Assembly: GCA_964016885.1 (NCBI GenBank) | Contig: OZ024743.1 | Span: 320,416,001-320,480,000 of the forward strand | DNA from: Eledone cirrhosa | Lineage: Eukaryota | Direction of reading: 5' to 3' | DNA length: 64,000 bases | Shown: positions 1 to 13,315 of the stretch, in pieces | Position numbering within the stretch: position 1 is the stretch's first letter | Layout: each line of letters opens with the position of its first letter | Made by a program: the position numbers and the translations under genes | Notes under the pieces: model-generated | Database searches by the model: none | What the model saw: the letters and a program-made list of their open reading frames with translations, nothing else | Told to the model about the DNA's origin: nothing

Positions 1-265
1 CGCCAAATTGCTTTGCTGCATAGATGCACTATAGAAGTGAATGATTACTGCAAAGCAATTTGGCGAAACTGCAGTCTGGACTGTGAAGAAAAATAGGTAT
101 ATTTTTCTCTATTATTTACTCGCATTTTTAGTTTGATAAATAGCTCTGATTAATTGATTATTTTAACTCTTTCGGTCATTGAGCAAAACTGGTCAACGCC
201 GGAGCCGTACACACATATACTAGTGCATCTTTCTGTGAATCTCATTACTATTAGTATATATATGT

Positions 266-318
<53 letters not shown>

Positions 319-807
319 TGTGTGTATGTGTGCGCGTGTATATGCATTTAAAAAATTATATTTTCGTAACGTTGTATGAGAAATATTTCACACGCCAAAA
401 TATATTACAAAATACACTTAGTCAATTTTCAGGAACACTTGTTTCTAGAAGTAAAGCTGTAATGAATCTGAAGGTGCCTGGCCATCAACATCGTTTGTGC
501 AGTCGAGAAAATATTAAAGGTATGGCATTTAACTAATTACAGGATCGGAAGACCACTTAGTTTGCATATCATCATCATTTATTCATTGATTAATTGAATA
601 CGTTAAGAGTTCAACGAAGACTATAATTGATTAACCATAATTAAAACCCATGTTAATACTTCAAGGATTATGAGAAGTTCTCTTCTAGTACCCCATATCC
701 TTCATACGGCTGTACATCCTAATTTCGGGTTATGCAAAGATATGAAGGGAAAATTTATAGATTTTCAAGTAAGTGCTCAAAATATCGATACATAATTTCG
801 TACATAC

Positions 808-1374
808 CTCCACAAGTTTTTTCAACCAATTCCTTTTCGATTGATTTTAGAACATCAAAGTTGTCGACTGAAAATACATATTCCCTGCTTGGCGAGCTAC
901 CAATCGTATTTAACTCAGCTTTTTCAATACCTTTGCCGATTCCAATAGCAAAAACTATCGTGTTCTCTTTTCGTAATTTCCTTGCTGCCTCAGCTGTTAA
1001 GGTTGCATTTTTAGATTTTCCATCAGTTATAACGATAGCAATATTCGGGGCATTTTGTCTATCTCCATTGCTTGCCTTAAAAGCACTAGTTCTCAAGTAA
1101 TTAAGAACCTTGTGCGTGTAAGTACTTCCTTTCTTGTAAGGTATTCTATCGATAGCTTTTATTATGTCGTTCTTCGTATAATATTTCTTCAGGTAAAACA
1201 CATTTGTGGGATTGTAATTGAATTTTACGACTCCAACACGAATGCTGTCGCGACCGATGTCAAAAGAACTCACTATGTCTTTAACAAAATTCCTCATTTT
1301 TTTAAAGTTGTGGAGTTTAACACTACCGGATTCATCCAGCACGAACACAACATCAGCAACTGCGTTATTACAAG
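808..1374 (-). CDS. von Willebrand factor A domain exon (matrilin/collagen-VI-like secreted protein)
   Basis: ORF 755-1405 contains DVVFVLDESGSV (MIDAS DxSxS), GSTYT and IVITDGKS, with flanking Cys. Acceptor ttttag| at 1375 and donor |gtatgt at 807; 567 nt, phase 1-1. Confidence 0.92.
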
Positions 1375-1682
1375 CTAAAAGTAAAACAAAATATTGCCAA
1401 GACATGAAAAAAACACGATAGTAAAGTTTACATCATTTAGAAAGTAAGATTATAAGTAGCTTTATATTAATATATATGATTGTATATATTTTATTGTAAT
1501 TCATACTATCGTAGAAGATTACGGCAATGTCTATTAAGCAATTATTCTTAAGTATCATTATGATTATAGGGATATTACTGCTGTAAGTGTGGATGGGTGC
1601 TATGGTGACATCAGTAGAACGTCGGACAAAATGCCTTATATGTTATGTTTTCAAATTCTGCTGAGGTCGATTCGGTTGTAAA

Positions 1683-2039
1683 CCTTGCATTTTCAGATTT
1701 TCCCTTGTATATAATGATTGCAATATTCAGGACACTTAGCATATCTACGAATCATGGATTAAAATATTTTCTCAAGTAACCAAGAACCTTGTGTGTGTAG
1801 GCACTTCCAATTTGTATGTTATTCTACCGATAACCCTCCTAATATCTCATTGACTTAATATTTATGTTGGTTAAACTTCACTTTGGTTTGGAAACTGAAT
1901 GACAGGGCTCCGACTCTAACGCTGTTTTGATTAATATTAAAGATGTTTCCTATCGTCTTTACGAATGACTTTCCTTTCTCTAATTTTATCATAATTTCAG
2001 TCGTCCAGCACTAATATAATATCAGCTATTTCGTTATCA
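1683..2039 (-). pseudogene. Degenerate duplicate VWA exon (pseudo-exon)
   Basis: Minus-strand translation gives DNEIADIILVLDD*, ...FNINQNSVRVGALSF..., GSAYTHKVLGYLRK and LNIAIII..GKSENA. This is collinear with the intact exon but has stops and frameshifts. Confidence 0.8.
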
Positions 2040-2399
2040 CTAAATAAAAGTGGAAATTAAATGCAAGAACATGTTTAATTGTAAAAAAAAAGAAAGATGT
2101 CGATGGCGGTCAATTGGCAAAATTGATAATGCACTGTGCCTTAATCAGAAACCGTTACTTTTTTTAATCTCTTTATATTCTTAAGTGAATAACCTCAAGG
2201 ACAAATTTCCTGTTCAACATTTCAAGGTCGATAAATAAAGTACCACGAAATGGCTGATGTCGAATTTGTTGCATTATTCTACCTATAAAACTGTGTCTCT
2301 GTGTCTAAATTATTAACCATTAAAATTTGCTTCGAATTGATAATGCCTTGCCCATGGTGTGAGCTGTTCCTAGCAGTGTTTTTCTGTGGAAAGATTATT

Positions 2400-3320
2400 G
2401 CCCTGTGCACCCTAGTACAGCGTCAATGTTTTGTTGTTATTTTTAACATACAGCAGTGTTTTTACACTACATATTGTATAGTGACAGTTGTTTCACTATT
2501 TTTCTAGCAATATTTTGGTCAGTAGTAATTTCAATATATATTAGTGTACACGTGTGGGTTTGTTAAATCTTTGACTATTTTATTTTGATAGTTTGCCTTG
2601 ATTTCATTTTCTGTTTTTTATGGGCATATTCCAGAGGTTTTTCGCCAAGCTGATGTCATATACCGTGTTTAGTATATTTTTATACTGCTTCTTGTCCAGT
2701 TTCATGAAGATTTGTCATACTGTCCAGTGCATATGGTTGTCAATTGGAGCATACTCGTGTATATATTCAGAATTGGGAAGAACCGGGCCTTCAGAGGTAA
2801 TGGAGTCAACAGTAATGCTTGTACGTTCTCCATTTAGTTTTAGGATCCGTTTTTATTATTCTATTCTCATAGTTCTTCATGACCAAACTTTCGCTTCATG
2901 AACTAGTACTTCCGTTTTTGTTTTGACCCTGAAGCATCTGAGCCTTTCCTGGCATACAAGTTGATATCATTTTCTTCTGACACGCCTTACCAAATATTGG
3001 CCATGGTATTGTCTATCCCAGCCTGTCTTCGATTCTAGCTTATTAGACATGTCGACTCTAACGGCACTCTCGAAGTGAATGTTGATAACAACGTAGATAT
3101 ATTTGACATCAGAGGTTTTGCTGACATCTGCGTAATAGATATTAAGACAAACCATAGCTTATTGCTACTATATTGCCATCAGTTGAGGCTCCGGAAATTG
3201 TCACAAATTAAGCAAGGCAATATGTCCCACTACTTCATCATTATCAGCAGTAATGGCCAGGGGCAAGTAGCATCCAGCAGTAGAAATGTCCAAGCTACCA
3301 GTGTCTTTTCAGTGAGAACT
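2400..3320 (-). mobile_element. Highly degenerate LINE (RTE-like) fragment
   Basis: Non-microsatellite tract with a faint VLVHEAKVWS remnant resembling the RTE VLLYGSETW motif; many stops. Confidence 0.3.
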
Positions 3321-3799
3321 TAAAAATGGGTCTTCCGAATCATCATAATGAGTCAATGAGGTTAAAATATAACTTGTATACAGAACGTGAAAAATATAAC
3401 TTGTATACAGAGTGAAAAAAAAAAATGGTCGACCATTTCTACACACCCGCGGTTTCGACACCCAGAACACAATCTCAAACAAAACCCACTGGACTCTCGA
3501 ATTACTTTAACTTGAGAGCTAGCCTAACGTGAAATTGCCATAGCATCTTAAGGAAAGTGACGAAACATTAAACTGATGTGGCAGGTAAAATGACCCTTAT
3601 AAGGAAGCAGATTTGATGAAGAAAACAGCAAGTTCCTAGCCACGAATTGAGATCCTCTTTCTAAAGTTGGAGAGGAATTATAGTCAGCATTGAGGCTGTT
3701 GATAAAGAAATGTTGTTTTTTTTTAATTTGCGTGGTTTGACAGTAACAATGCCAGGATTGAATATTGAATGGGATGTTGGATGGATTGATAAATTGATA

Positions 3800-4116
<317 letters not shown>

Positions 4117-4129
4117 TGCAGCTACTTAC

Positions 4130-4147
4130 TTGGTTGTAGGGGTGGTG
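4130..4147 (-). CDS. Secreted VWA-domain protein, 18-nt micro-exon (SPPLQP linker)
   Basis: ttttccttattaag|CACCACCCCTACAACCAA|gtaagt. Phase 1-1, in frame between exon 2 and the VWA exon, Pro-rich linker. Confidence 0.6.
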
Positions 4148-4844
4148 CTTAATAAGGAAAATAAAAAAGATAAAAAAATTAGTACTATGTCAAAATCAAT
4201 TTCTATTACAGACAATAAATTTAGTTTCTAAAGCTTTACATGTAATTATATTGCAAATGACATCATTAGCTGAATTTGATTTATCAGGATAAAATTATAA
4301 ATGCACTTCTTATGTATATTTATGTTTTTGTCTCTTTATGATATTTGAAACTTAAAATTTTGTTAACAAAAGTTTATATATACATATTTCGATGAAAATC
4401 ATGCATACGTTATGCATTTATACTTGGCCGTGTTTGTAGGTCTCAAGGTTCGTGGATTTATCTGCTTCCGTTTCAAAATAAAAATAATATATATATATGT
4501 GTGTGTGTGCGCGCGCGAGCGCGTGTGTGCATGTATATATATGTAGAACGTCATATCTATGGCTATTAATATCACTGTGGAATTAGTTATCATAGTTTCC
4601 TCTCCAGTAACATAGGTGTAGAAACAAATGACCACTTTTGTTGATATTTAAAGAAGAGGAATCCCATATTCATCATCACATGTCAGTGAATAGAATCGCA
4701 ATACTGCTTGTTAAACATTAAACCGAACTTTAACAGAGAGAACTTACTTATGTGATAATACAAGACTGAAGGGTAGATAACAATACCTGGACATTTATTT
4801 ACTTATTTATCTATTTACTTATTTATCTATTTACTTCTTTTACT

Positions 4845-6080
4845 CTTACTCTTCATCACCCACTTTTTCCCGAGAGGGTCGTAGGGTCAGAGTCCTCAAA
4901 CACTCCTTCTAGCTAGTCCTGTCAGAAGCTACCGTCTCCAACTGATCCGGCTGGATCCCCAAGCGTGACCAGCCAAGCTCATGGATGTTATCTAACCATC
5001 TTAATCGGGATCTACCCCTGGGTTTCTGCCGGTTGGTTTTTTCCGTAAAATCTGTCCAGCGATTCTTACCCGAGACATTCTAACCACATTCCCATAGTAT
5101 TGGAGCTGTTATCTCTCAATTCGGAGAAGTAGCGGTTCTACATATAATGAGCCTCAGATTCCTGTACTCTAAATACCCATCAGAGGAATTCTATTTCTGC
5201 CACTTGTATTCGCGATCGTATTCTTCGGTCATTCGACCCATTTTACAAATGCCAGACACGATACCACTTCCAAACCGGCTGCGCATACAATCCTGTTTAT
5301 GTAAATAATTAACAGGAGATTCCGATTCCGACATTGAATGGTTTCGGGAATTCATATAGAGACATCAAGACAGCAAGAAGCTGACCATCAATCCCATACT
5401 CCTGCACAAACTTCCATAGCAGGTCCCGTGGAATGTGATCATATGTCTTCCGAAGTTCGATAACACAAGAATATATATCTTGGCAATACTCCCACGATGT
5501 GTGAATATTTGGTCGGCTATGCTGCGTCCGGGGAGAAAACCACACTGTTCATCAGCTAGATTGGACTCGAGTTAAGAGAGGGGCTGAGCTGTCAAGTGAT
5601 CACCATCTTGTTATCTGCAACTTGAGTACCTAAAGCCAAAGAAGCCCAGAAAACTGACAGTTCCAGAGCGACCTCCTGGATAGAACGGGAAGCATTGGTG
5701 GAAAAGGAAATGAAGGCCAGTTATGCAGATCCAATTGCATCCAAATTCAGAGATTGTTCAGCACAGAAGTTTCTGCTTCAGCTGTTAAATCCTGCTTGCA
5801 AAAGAGGCTTGGTCTTGCGCCGATTGGCAGGAAGACTTCTTGGTTCAATGAAGAGGTTCAACATGCCATCCGAGCAAAGAAGGAGGTTTACAAAGCTTGG
5901 CTTGGCAATAAGCCCTCCTTTCACTTGCGGTATAAGCAGGCACGATAAATTGCAGCAGAGACTGTAAAAGCGTCCAAAGTTAAGATATGTGGTCACTTTG
6001 GGGTTAGGCTTGAATCCGACTTCAGATCAGCAAAAAAGTGTTCGCCATTCACCGACTTCGTAATAAGAAGTATCGGTGCA
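4845..6080. mobile_element. RTE-clade LINE remnant with internal inversion (RT/3' part on minus 4845-5565; endonuclease-linker part on plus 5566-6080)
   Basis: Minus strand: YDHIPRDLLWK..EYGIDGQLL, KPFNVGIG. Plus strand: RVKRGAELSSDHHLVICNL, TSWFNEEVQHAIRAKKEVYKAWL. Same family as 23800-25140. Confidence 0.75.
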
Positions 6081-6843
6081 TTGCTGATATGTTTATATAG
6101 AACAGCTATTAACATGCGCTTGACAGAAACAGCCTACGTGCCAGTTAATTTTGAAGTTTTACCGTTTGTTTTTTTATCGCGAGGAGAAGAGAGTTGATAT
6201 TTTCAATCTGTTCGTACTGAGTCTTTATACTGCCAACAGCTACTCTGCAGCAAAGAATTTACGAGATGTAAAGAATCGAAAGATTTGAAGCCTGAGATAT
6301 TTCTCGCTGTCAGAAACTTATGAACGTCTTCAAATTATGTGGATGTTGGCTGCTGGCAAAACTTAGAAGACATACATTTTGAGTGTCAGCCTAATTCAGG
6401 GTTTGTGATATGTGTACTTATTAATGCCTACGTGATTCGCGAAATTTACTTGATAATTTCCAGTGGTTATTAATGTTGAAATTAACGTTCTGTTTATTTT
6501 TTTGCTATTTCTATTGTTATTTATTCGAAGTAATATCATCGCTGACATTGTATGTCATCGCGTATTGTACCCATATAATCGATGCTATTTCTATCTAATA
6601 TAAGAAACCATTATCAGCATTAGAGTGAATGTTGATATTACTAGTATTGCCAGAAACACTTGTTTTTAATAATATACATAGAACCTTCACAAAACGTATC
6701 TGTGAGTACTAATGTTTTTAATAATAGTAGTAACAACATTAGTAGCAACAGATACAAGTTTATGTGAAGGATATATGCATATCTCCATGTGTTTTTGCCA
6801 TGTTAGACTCTCTAATATCTGTCACTCTCTCTCTCTCTATTCA

Positions 6844-6914
<71 letters not shown>

Positions 6915-7031
6915 ATATATAAATATATATATATATATAACGAAGGAAATGTGGTAAGGAGCCAGGAGGACCATAACGCACCAAGTACTCAATACTTAGG
7001 GTAGTAGAGTGGGTAATAGGAACGAGTAGGA

Positions 7032-7125
7032 CCCCGATGGCTGAGCTCAAGCCGTTTCGACGGCTAATTCTGTTCTAAATGAAAATGTTTATCCTGTTAC
7101 ATGAATAGCCGAGCTTCTCAGGGGG
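7032..7125 (-). ncRNA. Degenerate type-I hammerhead ribozyme in a probable PLE pseudo-LTR remnant
   Basis: cccc-CUGAGAA-g(ctcggcta...tagccgt)c-GAAA-cggct(tgagctc)agcc-AUC-gggg. Stems I-III are recognisable; core G8 and one stem III pair are mutated. Confidence 0.5.
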
Positions 7126-7833
7126 TAATTCCATATATGGTAAAAGTAATTGTCACAAGGATTGGTCAAAAGTTTGTTGTTGAGACACATAATTCTATCA
7201 TGGCAATTTGTGGTGGGATGGGTAGCTGAACCTACAAGTAGAAGAAAGAGGGAGAGGGAGTGGAGGAAACCCAGTCGTGTGTTGATAGTGCCAACTACAG
7301 CAGAGCAGGAGGTCAAGCAAGTATACTAGGGATAGGGGGGGGGGGGAGTCGAAACAATAAGTAAATCAATATGGAGTAAATATATAGAAGAATACCAAGA
7401 ATGTTAAAAATATAAAAATACAATTTCTGGTTACTATTCCCTAACGACAGTCATGAAGTCTCTCACTGGTACTGCTAAACTATAGAAAAGTTTACTAGGT
7501 GGGACGGAATTGTAATGAGACCATCTTAAGAGTTAGTAGTAATCAACCGAGTATATCTTATGGTGACAGGTCAACAAATGGGGGGCCAAAATACTAAAGA
7601 AAGTACCACGAAATAATAATTCAGAGTCCCGAAACTAATACGAAATAAATGTTTCTACCACAGGCACAAGGCCAGCAACCACCCAGTGCAAAAACTAAAC
7701 TAATACGAAATAATAATTCAGAATCCCGAAAATGAATACTAATACTATCTCTAAGGGTGCCGCTACGATACAAAAATTCTATTGCAAACTACATAAATGC
7801 TCGTACGAGGTATATGAAAAATTTGATACGGAA

Positions 7834-8330
7834 AATAATTCAGAATCCCCCCCGCCCCCACTTCAAAAAAAAAAAAATACTGATATACGACAAATTACAC
7901 ATTATAGTGAAAGTTAATATTTCGAGTATTTCTAGAAAATGTATGCTTAATTAAAAGCATTTTGAAGACCATACGTTATTGTTTTAAAATAATTCAGAAC
8001 CCCCCCCCCCCCCACACACTTCAAAAAAAAAAAAATACTGATACACGACAAATTACACATTATAGTGAAAGTTAATATTTCGAGTATTTCTAGAAAATGT
8101 ATGCTTAATTAAAAGCACTTTGAAGACCATACGTTATTGTTTTAAAATAGTGACATTGTCACTATTTTAAAACAATAGCGTATGATCTTCAAAATGTTTT
8201 AATTAAGCATACATTGTATTGCAAAATACACTATATATACATTCATATATATATATCGCTATTTCAGAGCACCAATTCTAATTTTCAATTTCTGCTGGGC
8301 CGGCGACTGCTCTGTATAATCAGTTCCTGA
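7834..8330. repeat. Diverged relative of the 310-bp hammerhead repeat: ~160-bp tandem duplication plus 60-bp-arm palindrome (8096-8215)
   Basis: 8180-8330 aligns by eye to the unit (tcttcaaaatg...atatcgctatttcagagc...aatttctgc.gg.ccggc.ac.gctct...cagttcctg). Palindrome centre at 8156. Confidence 0.7.
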
Positions 8331-9098
8331 TTATTACTGGAATTCTATAAGAATCCAACACACATAGTTTTCAGCAAATTGTTTCTTTCCCCACTGAAGC
8401 AATAGATTTGTATCTCTTGAAATCTCTCCTGCTTTGAATTTCGGCTGCTTTCTGGCTGGTGATGTATCTCTTTTGTTAGTTCAAATACATTCATATTTCT
8501 TCTAGACAAGTAGACGTTGGACCTTTTAACGAACCAGTACATGTCGTTCAGTTTGGCTAGTTATATGAGCATTACGGCAGTTCGTTAGATAATGCATTTG
8601 AAGAATGCACACTGTTCTCAAAAATATTTTGTGCTGATCGGGTCTAACTTAATCTGTCGCCCATCTCTGGTTGACAAACTAAAATTAGCTGGGATCCCTC
8701 CTCAGCATGTAAATATCATAATAATAAAATAAAAAAAAATTAAATAAATAAATAAAATGTATGGTTTCGATCTCCACTGCCAAAAAAGATGTTATGGTTT
8801 GGTCCATCTGGTGCAGATTTGCAGCAGCAGCAACTTCGGAATAGTTTCATCTGCAGGTTAACCGCTTCCCCATATCAACAGCTTGTTTTTACCTTTCTTC
8901 TAAACGTTGTAAATATTTAATAGCAACTATAATTAACATACACACTCGAAAGCTTATTGTAAACAGTATTGCAAGTCTAGCTATTACAACACTATTTATA
9001 TTTGTTCTACCAATAATATTTATAAATCTAAGTAAGAAAAGTGACTAATAGAATACTTATCCCTTAATTTCAAGAGTTGTAATTATCATTTATTATTT

Positions 9099-9280
9099 TG
9101 GCAGTATCGGTAGAGGGTATGACGCCATGCTTTCCAGCATAGAGTTACGTCCCTTTACGGTCTAACTTCAAATCCCGCCGAGGTTAACTTTGCCTTTCAT
9201 CCTTGCGGGGTCGATAAAATAAAGTACCAGTAATGCACTGGGATAATTGTTGGTATTGTCCCAAAAGTAGAAACAATTAT
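9099..9280 (+). mobile_element. tRNA-derived SINE (MetaSINE-like core)
   Basis: A-box-like ggcagtatcggtag, B-box-like ttcaaatccc, core gcctttcatccttgcggggtcgataaaataaagtacc. Multiple copies in the window. Confidence 0.85.
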
Positions 9281-9457
9281 TATACGATATCATTTTTATA
9301 CGTTTTACGTCCCCTCCTTCGTATATTATGTATACTATGTCGGTGCTAGCTAGTACCATGTCGGACAATATCTATTTACAATACATACACCCTACTTTCC
9401 CAAGTATCGAGTGCTTAGCTGAATATGGTCATACTAGTCTACATTGTTAACGCTAAA

Positions 9458-9489
<32 letters not shown>

Positions 9490-9786
9490 GGGAGAAAAAG
9501 ACATATATATATATATATATATAGATCTGTTGAATATGCATGCCAATTCTAACACATATATATCCTAGAAACGATCGTTAAATAATGAACTTTTTTTGTT
9601 TAATATAAGGAACTGTTTCATTGTTTTATTCATTATTTTTTTAATATTTTATCTTGACCCTGTATTCCGTTTATCTTTCACCGAAAGTGATTTTTCATTG
9701 CATCTCTTCTTTCCATGATATCCGGATTACATTGAGTTCTTCATACGGATTGGACACTACCGTAAACTCTTGGTAGATTTATCTAC

Positions 9787-9818
<32 letters not shown>

Positions 9819-9825
9819 AGATATC

Positions 9826-10091
9826 TTTCTTTATTTGCCATAAGGGCGTACAAAAATGGGACATTACAAGAAGTGACGGCGGGGGTTTTACATAAAATCT
9901 TTAACAATGATGAATAACAATAGACTATATATAAAATAAAACAATCGAAATCCCCCAAAGGGGGAACGTTCCTGCGGGGTTGTTTTACACCCCGTGTATA
10001 GAACAACCTCCAACACCAGGATCACGTTTTGTAGGTGTTCCCGTCTTCCCTCTGTTTATCTTCCTCAACCTACAGGTTTATATACAGAGAA
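9826..10091 (-). mobile_element. Tx1-clade LINE, 3'-terminal fragment (same subfamily as 46432-47288)
   Basis: Reverse-complement match to 47025-47288; ends AATAAAGAAA; 5' end abuts (ATCT)n. Confidence 0.85.
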
Positions 10092-10096
10092 GATAG

Positions 10097-10169
<73 letters not shown>

Positions 10170-10178
10170 TATAGATAA

Positions 10179-10222
<44 letters not shown>

Positions 10223-10260
10223 ATATATTGATAGATAGATAGATAGATAGATAGATATAT
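10092..10260. repeat. (GATA)n/(ATCT)n tract between two Tx1 copies
   Basis: Directly visible. Confidence 0.95.
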
Positions 10261-12287
10261 TTCTTTATTAGCCACAGGGGCACAAAAGAAGGGGACAAAT
10301 ACAAAGGGGGAAGTTTACATACAATAAAAACGTGTAAAATGTTATCACAGATGGAATTTAAAAGTTAGTCGATTTTCTCCAACAGAGGGAGACAGTTTAT
10401 ATGGGTAACACATACCCCCGAAAAAAAAATGTGCAACCCTCATCTCCAGGAGTACGAAGAGCTTGTACTCCTTTCCTCTCCTCCTCCTTTTCCTCAACCT
10501 ACGGGCTGATATAGAGAGAAGGCCCATTCACTCGGGCCATTCTCGCCACTTTCACCCACCTTTCATAAAACTTGCTGGGGTACAGCACCTCTCTCTCCCT
10601 CCTGATTCTTCTTCCAAAGTGGTATTTGAAAAAAAGAATCAGTTGTTGGCCGGAGAGAAAGGTGTCTGACCTCAGCCCTTTCAACCTTGTCCACCATACA
10701 ACCTCTTTCGCCATAACTATCACACAAAGGAAAACCGGCTCTCCTTCGTTTTTGAAGGAGGGTGGCGGTTTGATCATGACAATGGACTCGGTGGTCAACT
10801 GGATTGGTCCCACCCGCGACAATAGTCTTTCTACATAGCCCCACAGGTCAGTGACGCCCGGGCAGTGTAGGAATGCGTGCGCGACGGTTTCTTCGTCTCG
10901 CACGCACCTCGGACAGATCTTTTTTGCAGGGTCCCTGCCCGGGCGCCCATGTCTGTAGAGCTTGTCTCGAACTGCTAGAGCTCCTCGGTAGCACTGCCAG
11001 GCCAGGGACTTTTGGAAGCTGTCCATCGGTCCAGGGCGGAAGGTCCTACCGAACAGACTGGCCAGTTCATCTTCCTCTTAGCCTAGAGTTTCACCGAGCG
11101 CGTCGTCGCACTTGCTGCGGATCAACCCTCTATAGAATGACGAAGTGGAGTCTCCACTGATCGCCGGGTCCGCCTGCCAGAGGGCTGTGAGCGCCTGAGC
11201 ACATTCGATGTGCCTGTCGCCCATTTTCCTCGGTCTCTGCTTGACCCAGGACTGCAGCTCGGTCAGCGAGACGAGTCGTGGGAAGGCTCGCCTCACGAAC
11301 GGGGCCCACACCGGTTGTCCGGTGAGGAATACGTAGAGATGCCGCAGCCTGAGCGCGTGTTTGCGCATCGTCAACCACGGCATCCCCAGCCCTCCGTTAG
11401 AAGGGTGTTGGCAGCAGATGGATCTTCTTACCAAAGGAGCCCGCCTCTTCCAAAGGAATCGGAAGAGGGCGCGCTCCATTTTGGCGAGCGTTTTGGCTGG
11501 ACAAAGCACGACGGTCAAGCGGTAGTAGATGGCAGACGCTATAAAAGTGTTCGCCACCTCCGCTCGACCTTTCAAGGATAGTTTGCACTCGGCCCACTTC
11601 TGGGTGAGTGCAAACACCTTGGCCGTCACTTCGTTCCAGTTCTTCTCCACCTGGAGGTCCGGACCAAACCAGACCCCGAGCAGCTTTACCGGTCCTTCCG
11701 TCCAGCGTCCGTCGACGCCATCGGAAGGCATCGGTCTGCCTCTCCACGATCCGAGTTGCAAACCGATGGACTTGTCCCGGTTCAGCTTCGCTCCTGTGAG
11801 ACTTTCGCATTCCTTTAGTAAGGTGCCGACTTCCTCGATTTGCGAGGCGCTCGACACCATTACTGTCACGTCGTCGGCGTAGGCCGACGCCGCTTTCCGC
11901 AGTCCCGGTTCCAGAGGGATGCCCTGCAATAGCTCCAGCTTCCGCAGTAGTGGCTCGAGAGTCAGTACGTACAGAAGGGAGGAGAGAGGGCATCCCTGTC
12001 GAATGGATCGCGTAATATGGAACGGCTCCGAGAGGTAACCGTTCACCTTGACCCTTGAGCAGATGTTGCTGTTGTGCATTACAGCAATCCAGCCCCTGAA
12101 CACGGGTCCGAAGCCTGCCGCCTCGAGCACCGCATCCAGGTAACGATGGTCAACCCTATCGAAAGCCTTAGACTGATCCAAGTTGATCAGGGCCCCACCG
12201 AAGCCGAGTTTACACCCTACCCTCTCTATGATGTATCGCATGAGGTGGAGGTTGTCGTGTATGGACCTGGTCGGGATCGCGCATGTC
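10261..12287 (-). mobile_element. Tx1-clade LINE, 5'-truncated (RT + C-terminal CCHC + 3' UTR); same subfamily as 40578-46412
   Basis: LDQSKAFDRVDH, IRQGCPLS, AYADD, CPRC..EETVAHAFLHC; AATAAAG then (ATCT)n. Confidence 0.93.
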
Positions 12288-12360
12288 AACTTCCATTGTT
12301 CTGACAAGGTTTTTGGTGGCATGGTCCCTCTAAAATACAGACGTGTATACATATATATAT

Positions 12361-12461
<101 letters not shown>

Positions 12462-12907
12462 AAAAGAATGAGTGAATAAAAGAGTTACTAGTCGTTAATA
12501 CATATCTTTATATAGCTCTTACACGTGTTCTGAACCCGAGTAACTTCTTAGATCAATTGATCATATGAACATACAGCTTCGATCCAAATTGGCATTATTT
12601 TTCTAGGCCTTCAAATTCGCACCCCAACGTGCCCCCATACATTAGGTATATATGTGTACAGTGTTTAACGACATTACCAACAGTCTATCATATTCACACA
12701 TAAACACGGCATCATTTATGCTGAGTTGACCAACCCCACATATGTTAATTCCTTTTAAATAAATAAAAAAATGTTTTCCCATAGCTGGTATTGGTGATAA
12801 GTAATGCAGTAGACTGTCTACGGGCACTGGTAATTACCTCCCTTAGCGAATTATACCCTTTTCACCGTATTTATTATATATATATTTACTATATATATAT
12901 ATATATA

Positions 12908-12986
<79 letters not shown>

Positions 12987-13001
12987 GTGTATGTATGTAT
13001 A

Positions 13002-13052
<51 letters not shown>

Positions 13053-13315
13053 GTATATATATATATATGTATATATATAGATAGATATAGATATAGATAT
13101 ATACACACATTAATATTAATTTTTAAGGGAAATAATGTACATATATATATATACACACACAAAAAAAAAATATATATATATATATGTGTAGTACATATAT
13201 ATATGTGTGTGTATATATATATATGTAGGAGGTGAGTTTTATTGTAGTACAATAAAGCAATGCAGATATCGGATAAGAAGCACTCTACAGTTTGTAGGGC
13301 TGGAGTATACATAGT

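Noticed and set aside
9099-9180. tRNA-like A/B boxes
   Set aside because: SINE heads followed by the SINE core; no intact cloverleaf.
12510-12620. Partial hammerhead-like half (GAACACGUGUAAGAG, minus); similar half at ~3445
   Set aside because: No recognisable CUGAnGA core or pairing partner.
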